Virus record (IMG/VR): IMGVR_UViG_3300025137_000025
Span: 1-64,000 of that record
Strand: one strand, 5' to 3'
Source: a virus
Length of the DNA stretch: 64,000 bases
A program made the translations under genes and the position numbers. Each line of letters begins with the position of its first letter. Within the stretch, counting starts at the first letter, position 1. Positions 27,767-35,299 of this stretch are shown here, one piece after another. The notes beneath the pieces were generated by a model. That model searched no databases. It worked only from the letters and a program-made list of their open reading frames with translations, and was not told where the DNA came from.

Positions 27767-29005
27767 GTGAAAAAATTATTTCTTCTCGTATTGCTCGCCC
27801 AAGTCATACTTGTGGGATACGCTAATATAGCTATAAAAACCATTGTATTCCCTGGGTGCACTGACCCCTTTGCACTTAATTACAATGAGGATGCTACTGA
27901 AGATGATGGCACCTGCGTCTATTCTATAGGCCCAGATCCAGTCATACTTAATATAACTGTTACGGATGAAAGCTGCCAAGAGTACGAGACAGGAGTCCTG
28001 TCTTCTTACGTATACGAGGCTACTATAGTAAACATAGGAAATGAAGCAGTTACAAACTTTTGCCTTAGCGACTTTTTAGGTACTACGTTTAATTGTTTTA
28101 ACGGGGTTTCTAATCTTGCTGTTTGGATTCAACCGGGGGATACTATAATTGTAACGGGCAACATTAATAGTATCGGCACATGGGCAGCAGGGCAAGGAAA
28201 CTACATGAGCGTAACGAGTGTTCCTGGTGAGATTATTACAGGTAATAATAACTTTGTTTTTTACATGCCTGAGGGAGTGGATTGCATAGAGCCTCCTGAT
28301 CCCGAGTATTGCGATACTTTACTGGTTTACGTGACTGAGATAGATACGCTTATTGAGTATGTAGAACTTCCTGCTGATACAGTGACTGTGCTGCAGTTAG
28401 ACACGTTGTACATCCCTTGGGAGTATTACTTCTACGATACCGTCTATGTAGATGTCTTTGATACTATTTACATTAACATTTTAGACACAGTTATTGTTAC
28501 AGAGATTGATATTGAGTACGTTTATGTAACAGACACATTAGAAGTCTTTACAACAGACACATTGTATATCACGCAAGTAGATACTCTAATGCAAGAAGTC
28601 GTTGTGTACGAATACATCTACAACACAGATACCATCTATGATGTAGTATATAATGAGATATTAGTAGACTGCAGTACTGGTCTCCCTTGTATGGGTGGGT
28701 TTGTTGGGGAAGACTGCCGATCCGTATTTGTCCCTAACGCGTTTTCTCCTAACAATGATGGTATTAATGACACCTTCTATGCAGTATCTCAATCTTACAC
28801 ATGTTGGAGAGACTGGAATTTAGTTGTTTATAACCGTTGGGGAAATATAATATGGAGTACTACTGACCCCGAAGTGCAGTGGGAAGGAGAAACTGAAGCC
28901 GGTACTCATTATGCCGCAGATGGGATGTACGTATGGACTTTGATTGCAAGAGGGTATTCCGGAGATGTTTTAGACCTCAGTGGGAACGTTACACTCTTTC
29001 GTTAA
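27767..29005 (+). CDS. Secreted protein with T9SS type-B (gliding-motility-associated) C-terminal domain
   Basis: Signal peptide; GCTDP..LNYN..A..DDGTC repeat; DT[ILV] array; C-terminus FVPNAFSPNNDGINDTF...VYNRWG...WEG...DGMYVW...GNVTLFR. Confidence 0.88.
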   Translation: MKKLFLLVLLAQVILVGYANIAIKTIVFPGCTDPFALNYNEDATEDDGTCVYSIGPDPVILNITVTDESCQEYETGVLSSYVYEATIVNIGNEAVTNFCLSDFLGTTFNCFNGVSNLAVWIQPGDTIIVTGNINSIGTWAAGQGNYMSVTSVPGEIITGNNNFVFYMPEGVDCIEPPDPEYCDTLLVYVTEIDTLIEYVELPADTVTVLQLDTLYIPWEYYFYDTVYVDVFDTIYINILDTVIVTEIDIEYVYVTDTLEVFTTDTLYITQVDTLMQEVVVYEYIYNTDTIYDVVYNEILVDCSTGLPCMGGFVGEDCRSVFVPNAFSPNNDGINDTFYAVSQSYTCWRDWNLVVYNRWGNIIWSTTDPEVQWEGETEAGTHYAADGMYVWTLIARGYSGDVLDLSGNVTLFR

Positions 29006-29373
29006 AAGTCGCTTAGTATAATTTCGTCGATTGCATCTTGCACATCTGTTTCTGTGGCTTCCATTGTCATCATAATGTTAGCCTGAAATCGTGTTATTTC
29101 TTCTCCCTCGTTAAATACTACGATAGTGGGAACAACTACAATTTTGTGTCTTTGCTGCATATCCGGAGAAGATGCAATATCTACTCTCCCAGTTTCACAA
29201 TCATTTAATTGTTCTATCCAAGGAACAGCGTTCTGCTGATTGAAGTTGGCGTTGAATTCTACTACGCACACTCCAGACGTGCAGATTTTAGCTTCTTCTA
29301 CAGGCGGCGTACTTACGTAAACAGCTGTTGAAAATAAAAGCAGGGATAATATAACAGAGATTAAGGTTTTCAT
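29002..29373 (-). CDS. Exported thioredoxin-fold protein lacking CxxC
   Basis: N-terminal signal/TM; VVEFNANFN in place of V.DF.A.WC..C; RVDI, IVVVPTIVVFNEGEEITRF. Confidence 0.7.
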   Translation of the reverse strand: MKTLISVILSLLLFSTAVYVSTPPVEEAKICTSGVCVVEFNANFNQQNAVPWIEQLNDCETGRVDIASSPDMQQRHKIVVVPTIVVFNEGEEITRFQANIMMTMEATETDVQDAIDEIILSDF

Positions 29374-29380
29374 TTCTCAT

Positions 29381-29665
29381 TTATTTAAGTTGATCTATTT
29401 TCTCCTCAATCCGTTTGATGTCTTCTTTTATTTCTGTGACATCTTCTTGTGTAGTCATAATAGTTTGACGAACTAATTTGTCTTTCATGTCAAACTCCAT
29501 GCGTGTGATTTCAGGAGCTAGTGGCTCTGGGAGTTTTTTTGCTTCTTCTATATCTGCTTGCAGTACAAACCACATGCTTATGAGCGCCCCCAAACCCGTA
29601 ACCGCTAACCCAATTGTTTTAAGATCTAAAGTAATCTTTGTGCTCTCATTAATATGCTGTGCCAT
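29381..29665 (-). CDS. Single-TM coiled-coil membrane protein (i-spanin-like topology)
   Basis: Likely start MAQHINE (29665); TM IGLAVTGLGALISMWFVL, then heptad coiled coil. Confidence 0.55.
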   Translation of the reverse strand: MAQHINESTKITLDLKTIGLAVTGLGALISMWFVLQADIEEAKKLPEPLAPEITRMEFDMKDKLVRQTIMTTQEDVTEIKEDIKRIEEKIDQLK

Positions 29666-30708
29666 TATAGTAATATGTAGTTTAAACCGATAGAGAAGTC
29701 GTGCCACTCTCTGTTCCAGTATCTATTGTACCTGCCCTCTGCAAATACTCCTAAGCTTTTGGTTACTTTAGAACCAAAGACTATTCCAGCACCAGTGTCT
29801 ATCCACTGGCCCCCGTTTACAAAGTTATGGTACGAAAATTTGTTTCCGTTGTTTAAGTGATAGGGCATAATGTTGCCCCAAGAGTGTATCCAAAAATCTT
29901 TTGTGTAATGATAAAAATCAAACCCAATTACAGCGGAATGCATCCATATACTTTGAAGCTCCGCACGTCTGTCTGCTACGTAGGTATCTAGCACTTCTGG
30001 TATTACTACTTGTTCCCAGATTGCAGGATCGTTTGCTACGAGGCCCCCGTTTTGATCAAAAAATTCTCCTGTATTAACATCTATACTGTACCCTTCTTGT
30101 ATTGCGAGGGCGGTATAATGTAGTTGGTTATTTGGGAGAACCCACTGCTGCAAAGGGTCGTACCCGTAAGGTTCTGATATTCTTTGTACGATGCCGAGGT
30201 TTAAGGAAAACTTCTTCCCAATCTTAAGTCGTGCTCGTTGTGACGACTCAAAGTATTTTACGTCAGCAAACCCATCTTGTAGATACTCTGCTTTTACTAA
30301 CCACCAATTGTCTACGTATCTAACAAAGTAGTCTTGGTCTAAAAAGTTCCGCCCCTGCTGCCTCCTCCAGTCCGCTTCCGCCAGGAACTCGAACCCGTCA
30401 TATTTTCCAACGGTAGCAGCGTCACCATAAGTTTTTTCTGTTCCGTTGTAAAATACGTTGGCTCTGTTTTCATACCCAAACCTAGCAATCTTTCTAACTC
30501 CCAGAGTAAATGAATAGTCAAACGGAGTTTTAATTACACTTGTTTGTAGCGCTCCTGTAGCAACAGAGTATACTTCTTGATCGGAAACGGAGTTTCCGCC
30601 GTTTACTGCAGCGTAGAAAGTAGCACGTCTAAGAACCTTCTTGTAGAAGTCACTTTGTCCCCAGCTAATTGTGGGGGCCAATAATAATAGTGCTATAATG
30701 TATCTCAT
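29665..30708 (-). CDS. Putative outer-membrane beta-barrel protein
   Basis: Signal peptide ending WG|Q; alternating aromatic beta strands; C-terminal GVFAEGRY...FSIGLNYILL beta-signal-like strand. Confidence 0.7.
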   Translation of the reverse strand: MRYIIALLLLAPTISWGQSDFYKKVLRRATFYAAVNGGNSVSDQEVYSVATGALQTSVIKTPFDYSFTLGVRKIARFGYENRANVFYNGTEKTYGDAATVGKYDGFEFLAEADWRRQQGRNFLDQDYFVRYVDNWWLVKAEYLQDGFADVKYFESSQRARLKIGKKFSLNLGIVQRISEPYGYDPLQQWVLPNNQLHYTALAIQEGYSIDVNTGEFFDQNGGLVANDPAIWEQVVIPEVLDTYVADRRAELQSIWMHSAVIGFDFYHYTKDFWIHSWGNIMPYHLNNGNKFSYHNFVNGGQWIDTGAGIVFGSKVTKSLGVFAEGRYNRYWNREWHDFSIGLNYILL

Positions 30709-32828
30709 TCTCGTACAATTGTTTGTTTAACAACTCGACCGTTGTATTCCACTACTACGATATACACTCCTGCGGTAGGGAGTTCTATTTGTGAATTAAT
30801 TGTTGTTATTAGTTCTTGCCCTATAGAGTTATAAATAGTGCTTACACTACTCGGGGGAGCTTGAATATTTATGGTTCTATTTGTTGGGTTTGGGTATATG
30901 CTTATTCTTTCAAAGAGCTCGGGGATGTTTGTTACCCCGTCTCCACAGTACTCATACATTTCTACACACACGTTGTCCCAATTAGTTTCACAGCAGTAGG
31001 GGTCAATACTAATAACCCATGAGTAGCACTGGTCGTTTCCCCAGTACGGATCGCCTGGCTCTCCTATACATCCTGCATCATATAAACACTGCTCATTATC
31101 TGCAGTATTAGCATCTGCATTAAAGTTGTAAGCGTCTGTGTCCATGCACCCCTCTAGCACATCAATACAACCGCCCCCATCAGCGTTTGCTTCTTCGTCG
31201 TAGTTAATTGCATCTGGATTAGTACATCCGTAAATGAAGGCTACGCAACTTCCGTTGTCTGTGTTTGCTTCCGCGTTGTAGTTAAACTGTGTGGGATCGG
31301 TACAACCAAAGACAATCTGTTCGCAGTCCCCACTATCAGTAGCAATAGGGTTGTAATTAAATGCTGTAGCATCCATGCATCCAACTATTTCTAACTCATC
31401 GCAAACTCCATCGTTGTCCAAATCTGTAACACACTGATTATCACAGGTATAGAACTCTATGGGAAGTGTGCAGTCTGATTCTACATTTGCATCAGGATTG
31501 TAGTCACATGCAATTGGGTTTGTGCACCCAACTACAGCGTCAATGCAGAAGTCTTGACAATAAGGAACACCTTCGTATTTAAATGGGAACTTATTTATTG
31601 GGTCAGTCCAAGGGTTACTTCCAGCTTCCATAAATATTCCAGTAGGACTGGTGAAGAAGAATCCGCATTGGGCGGCGGTAGTTTCAGCGTTACCTCCTGT
31701 AAAGAACATTACTTCTATAGGTTCTCCTGAGTACAGTGGGATAAGGAACTGCTCTTCTGTCCCATCATTAGGACCCATTTGGAATGGGCCAAATATCTCA
31801 TCCCCTTGCACAACACCTAACCAGCTCCCAAACCATCCGTCACCTGCTCCGTCTGTTATTGTAAGGAGTGTCATACATAATGACTGTGTTTCTAGTGTGT
31901 TAGCGTCGGGGTTAAAATTAACTGCGGTAGAGTCTATGCAGCCCAGGATCACCTCGGTTAGGCAAGACTCGTCATCTATATCTGCAAGTGGGTTGTACTC
32001 AGTAAAGTTAGGGTCTGTGCATCCCTCTAGTACATCAGTTGTGCATGCATCTACAGCAATAGGCTCGCTGGAGATAGTGGAGTATTGCAAAGTATCTCCT
32101 ATATAGTATAGCGTATCTCCACATAAAGTAGTTATTGAGATATTACCATCAACCCCACCATAGCAGCTCCCGCACATCCCATCACCAAAAGTGTCTAACA
32201 CTTCTAAGACAAGAGTGTCCCCAACAGCAACGCACACATCATGTATTACTGGGATTCCTACAGAAGTATACCCACTGCCCGATAGTATCTCTACTTCATT
32301 AGACTGCAGTCCCCAACTAATCTCGCCTGCGTATGTGTCTGGGGTTACTGTTACAATAATGGTGGTCTCTCCATTGTCACAAGGTTGGGGCGGATAAACA
32401 CAAGGTTGAGAAGCATTAGCCCAAGGATTGTAGTCTACTGCTATTGGGTCAGTACATCCAAAGATGGGTGGGGGACAAGGAAGTACCTCAAATGGGAGTA
32501 TTAGTTCTGGGCTATTGAAGTCGTATACTGCTGTATCTAATTGGCAGGAATTACTAAGGGCAAACCACCCTTCCCCAAACCCACAGCAGATCCCGTCCCC
32601 AAAGCTGTCGTATATGATAAACTCGTAGTTACCTGGGGAGAGAAAGACAAGCTGCTCGTTGTATGAGTTACTTGCGTAAGTGCTTGACTCTTCTATAACT
32701 TCCTCGTCCTGTACGATTACCCAGCTAGTCTCGAGTGCGTACTGGTCTGTTTGAAGTTCCACAATTACCCAGCTCTGTCCCAGCACTATGCTTGGGAGGA
32801 GCAATAACAGTGCTAGCAGCGATCTCAT
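30705..32828 (-). CDS. Secreted Cys/Asp-rich protein with T9SS type-A C-terminal sorting domain
   Basis: Signal peptide ending LG|Q; 8 GC[TMI][DN]..A.[ND][YF]N..A repeats; repeated D.Y..E.SW...D[ST]FGDG domains; C-terminus ISIYPNPT..TINI...IYNSIGQ...LPTAGVYIVVV...KQTIVRE. Confidence 0.9.
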   Translation of the reverse strand: MRSLLALLLLLPSIVLGQSWVIVELQTDQYALETSWVIVQDEEVIEESSTYASNSYNEQLVFLSPGNYEFIIYDSFGDGICCGFGEGWFALSNSCQLDTAVYDFNSPELILPFEVLPCPPPIFGCTDPIAVDYNPWANASQPCVYPPQPCDNGETTIIVTVTPDTYAGEISWGLQSNEVEILSGSGYTSVGIPVIHDVCVAVGDTLVLEVLDTFGDGMCGSCYGGVDGNISITTLCGDTLYYIGDTLQYSTISSEPIAVDACTTDVLEGCTDPNFTEYNPLADIDDESCLTEVILGCIDSTAVNFNPDANTLETQSLCMTLLTITDGAGDGWFGSWLGVVQGDEIFGPFQMGPNDGTEEQFLIPLYSGEPIEVMFFTGGNAETTAAQCGFFFTSPTGIFMEAGSNPWTDPINKFPFKYEGVPYCQDFCIDAVVGCTNPIACDYNPDANVESDCTLPIEFYTCDNQCVTDLDNDGVCDELEIVGCMDATAFNYNPIATDSGDCEQIVFGCTDPTQFNYNAEANTDNGSCVAFIYGCTNPDAINYDEEANADGGGCIDVLEGCMDTDAYNFNADANTADNEQCLYDAGCIGEPGDPYWGNDQCYSWVISIDPYCCETNWDNVCVEMYEYCGDGVTNIPELFERISIYPNPTNRTINIQAPPSSVSTIYNSIGQELITTINSQIELPTAGVYIVVVEYNGRVVKQTIVRE

Positions 32829-33257
32829 TTTTTTGTTTTTTCAATCGTCCTTCCTGCAAAGTATGCACCGAACGCGGTTAGCATTAGTATTTGCAATAAG
32901 TCGATGTAACTGTCCTTGACGTTGAATGGTAAGCTGTCCATGCTGTCGAACACCATAGTTAGGCAGAACATTACCATTAATGTGATGAGGGTAACTGGTC
33001 GTATTAGTTTGGCGAGTTTAATATCGCTCCCCATATCAGCCTTCCACCGTTCCGTTACGTTCTCTTGGAATCGCACCTCTGCGTCTATCTTTGCCTGCGC
33101 CTCGGCAGGGTCGATATCAGGCTCTTTATCTAGGAGGTTTTTTACAAGTCCCAGTGCTCCTTGGTCGGGTAATAGGTCACCCACGGTACCAAGAATGCTA
33201 GGAGCCTTTTCCTTTAACCAAGCACCTAACTTGGTGTCCTTAATCTTCTTGCTCATA
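32825..33257 (-). CDS. Holin (3TM / GTA-holin-like)
   Basis: Likely start MSKKIKDTK; RWKADMGSD..LAKLIRP, two TM segments, GAYFAGRTIEK C-terminus. Confidence 0.8.
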
Positions 33258-33330
33258 CGACTAGTTAGTTTGTCGTAAAAGTAATCAATTAAAACCAAAC
33301 ATAATTATCCCCCTTAGGTTTTTATTAAAC

Positions 33331-33540
33331 GACACACTTCCACTCGGCGTATTGAGCCTGACGTCTGGGGGAGTTACTTATTACCGTGTTCCCAGACCCG
33401 AGTTTTATAGTGTCACAATTTGCACAGCTATTGGGGACAACTTCACCGCTATGTTTACCTGTTATCTCAAGGCTGCAGTTATTAACCCAACTTCTGACCC
33501 CCTACTTCTATCCCTCAGGGGTGATCTAGATTATTCTAGG
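33331..33540 (-). ncRNA. Candidate structured non-coding RNA upstream of holin
   Basis: No credible ORF; nested helices GACAC/GTGTC, CTCGG/CCGAG, GTCTGGG/CCCAGAC, plus CATAGC/GCTGTG and ACCCCT/AGGGGGT hairpins. Confidence 0.45.
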
Positions 33541-33543
33541 CTG

Positions 33544-33681
33544 TTAACTTCCGCAGTTCTCACATGCTTCTGGTGAATCCACGTTGCATGTAATCTCTCC
33601 GGTTTCTATTTTCTTTTCGAGTGCTTCCGTTTTACTCTTATCTAAGAAATCTACGTTGAAGTCGTCCTTTTCGTTTTCCAT
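33544..33681 (-). CDS. 45-aa acidic peptide ending CxxxxxxxCxxCGS (RNR alpha C-terminal-tail-like); not in ORF track
   Basis: MENEKDDFNVDFLDKSKTEALEKKIETGEITCNVDSPEACENCGS*. Confidence 0.7.
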   Translation of the reverse strand: MENEKDDFNVDFLDKSKTEALEKKIETGEITCNVDSPEACENCGS

Positions 33682-33720
33682 TGCTACTTAATTGGGACGG
33701 TAAAGATACGTCATAGTTCT

Positions 33721-33852
33721 TCACCTCCCTTGACCTCGGTACGCTTTTTTGTAATTCTTTGAGTCCTTATGGGCTGACGTCTTAGTCTTAGCATGAACTC
33801 CAGGCCTAGAGACTGTACTCTCTTCTTTTTGGTGTGATTGGATTTTTGCCAT
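33721..33852 (-). CDS. 43-aa basic peptide ending YRGQGR; not in ORF track
   Basis: MAKIQSHQKEESTVSRPGVHAKTKTSAHKDSKNYKKAYRGQGR*; preceded by TAGCTTTG. Confidence 0.75.
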   Translation of the reverse strand: MAKIQSHQKEESTVSRPGVHAKTKTSAHKDSKNYKKAYRGQGR

Positions 33853-33856
33853 GCCC

Positions 33857-33864
33857 CAAAGCTA
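33857..33864 (-). promoter_or_regulatory. Bacteroidota -7 element (TAGCTTTG) heading the late block
   Basis: TAnnTTTG 4 nt upstream of ATG 33852, at the strand switch. Confidence 0.55.
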
Positions 33865-33982
33865 TACAAAATTCTGGGTAAAAAAATTTTATCTGGGAGT
33901 TTTTTGAGTGCGTTAACCTACACAATCAATGACCCCCACTATGCATCGTCACCGGGGTATCCCCCCACAAAACTATATTACC

Positions 33983-34156
33983 ATGTTTAAATTAGCGAAT
34001 TACCGACTTAGTAAGGAAGGCACATACTTGTGGCATCCAACTGTATTTGGTGTTGACTCGAATGACAGCGTCATCGAAGACTCACCGCAACCTATCGAAA
34101 TTGCAGGCAACGAAGCTCTGCATAAGCGTTGGTTGGAACTAACGAAGGAAGCGTAA
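33983..34156 (+). CDS. Early hypothetical protein (first rightward gene)
   Basis: ATG 33983 after an AT-rich leader; followed by a terminator. Confidence 0.6.
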   Translation: MFKLANYRLSKEGTYLWHPTVFGVDSNDSVIEDSPQPIEIAGNEALHKRWLELTKEA

Positions 34157-34195
34157 GCTTCTTTCTATTGTGTTGCTCAGTAACAATTTACTGAA

Positions 34196-34236
34196 AGGGA
34201 GAGAGAACGCACACTAGTGTTCTCCTCCCTCTTTTT
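34196..34236 (+). terminator. Intrinsic terminator
   Basis: AGGGAGAGAGAACGC-ACACTA-GTGTTCTCCTCCCT then CTTTTT. Confidence 0.7.
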
Positions 34237-34285
34237 CCCCTTTAGTCAAACCTGTTACAATCCGTAACATATAATAGTATCACAC

Positions 34286-34456
34286 ATGTCTAACAAAGAA
34301 GAACGAAAACCAGAGTTTAGATACAGCGGACAATATGTTATGGAGTACACAGAGAACAACGTTGTAGGAGATATTGCATGGGACTGTGACTATGGATATT
34401 TGAAATGGAATGGAACTGAATGGAAACAGTATAATCCAAAGAAAACTGCTTATTGA
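34286..34456 (+). CDS. Early hypothetical protein, 56 aa (not in ORF track)
   Basis: MSNKEERKPEFRYSGQYVMEY...LKWNGTEWKQYNPKKTAY*. Confidence 0.55.
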   Translation: MSNKEERKPEFRYSGQYVMEYTENNVVGDIAWDCDYGYLKWNGTEWKQYNPKKTAY

Positions 34457-34496
34457 GGCTGTGTTATCATTTTTAAACCCCTTTAAATTATTTACC

Positions 34497-34664
34497 ATGA
34501 CTATACAAGAAGAACTACAGCAAGCTCGAACCAAAAACGTTAACAAAATGCTTGAAAAAATACACAAGGAGCTTAACGAATTGTCTCAAGAGTTGTCTGG
34601 GATGCCAATAGAAGAGTTCATGTTCACTTATGAACCTACCAATCCTTTTTTTAGAGCCCTATAA
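34497..34664 (+). CDS. Early hypothetical coiled-coil protein
   Basis: Likely start MTIQEELQQ after an AT-rich leader. Confidence 0.55.
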   Translation: MTIQEELQQARTKNVNKMLEKIHKELNELSQELSGMPIEEFMFTYEPTNPFFRAL

Positions 34665-34681
34665 ACTAAAATATAATCAAC

Positions 34682-34876
34682 ATGAAAGAAAGATTATTCC
34701 TACGAGCAATGCTCATTATTCTTACTTGTGCACTCTTAGCATCGGTAACAAGTTGTTCAAGCGCAGGGCACACAACATCAACGTGTCCTGCGTACAGTTT
34801 CACTAATCAAAATTGTAATGCAAGTAAAGACATACAATATCAAGAAGACCATATGGACGATCGAGGACTTGAATGA
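34682..34876 (+). CDS. Small lipoprotein
   Basis: Basic N-region, hydrophobic core, lipobox VTS|C, then CPAY. Confidence 0.6.
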   Translation: MKERLFLRAMLIILTCALLASVTSCSSAGHTTSTCPAYSFTNQNCNASKDIQYQEDHMDDRGLE

Positions 34877-35093
34877 ATTTGCACATTACGCAACATCTTC
34901 TAAAAAAGACTTAACCAATCACTTGAAGAAGAACAAGGAGAAATATGAAGACGGACAGTTCATTGTCTGTAGATATAACTCTATGAAAAGTTTAGTTCCG
35001 GACTCAGTTGAAACCATTAAAAGTTTTACATTACAGTATAATTTAGAAAAATGGCATCCGAAGAATCTAATTCCCAGTTTTATCAAGACGTAA
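34818..35093 (+). CDS. Early hypothetical protein
   Basis: ORF track; tight packing with neighbours. Confidence 0.55.
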   Translation: MQVKTYNIKKTIWTIEDLNEFAHYATSSKKDLTNHLKKNKEKYEDGQFIVCRYNSMKSLVPDSVETIKSFTLQYNLEKWHPKNLIPSFIKT

Positions 35094-35245
35094 ACTTAGC
35101 CTCAATTGTAGCGACCTACGAGTACGCAACACAGTGTGGTTTAGATGATCTCCGTGAAGGAGCTGCTGATACGTTTTGTCGTTTGTATGAAGTATTTGAC
35201 ACTGAAGAGTTACATGCTCTTGGTGTTACAAAAAGCAATGGTTAA
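35051..35245 (+). CDS. Early hypothetical acidic protein
   Basis: ORF track; tight packing with neighbours. Confidence 0.5.
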   Translation: MASEESNSQFYQDVNLASIVATYEYATQCGLDDLREGAADTFCRLYEVFDTEELHALGVTKSNG

Positions 35246-35299
35246 AGGGACGACCATCAATAGTCCCTACATTTAAATACATTTACCTACATAACTATC

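Noticed and set aside
33352-33576. 74-aa plus-strand ORF in the holin upstream gap
   Set aside because: TTG start, no protein-like features, wrong strand for the block; the region is better explained as structured RNA
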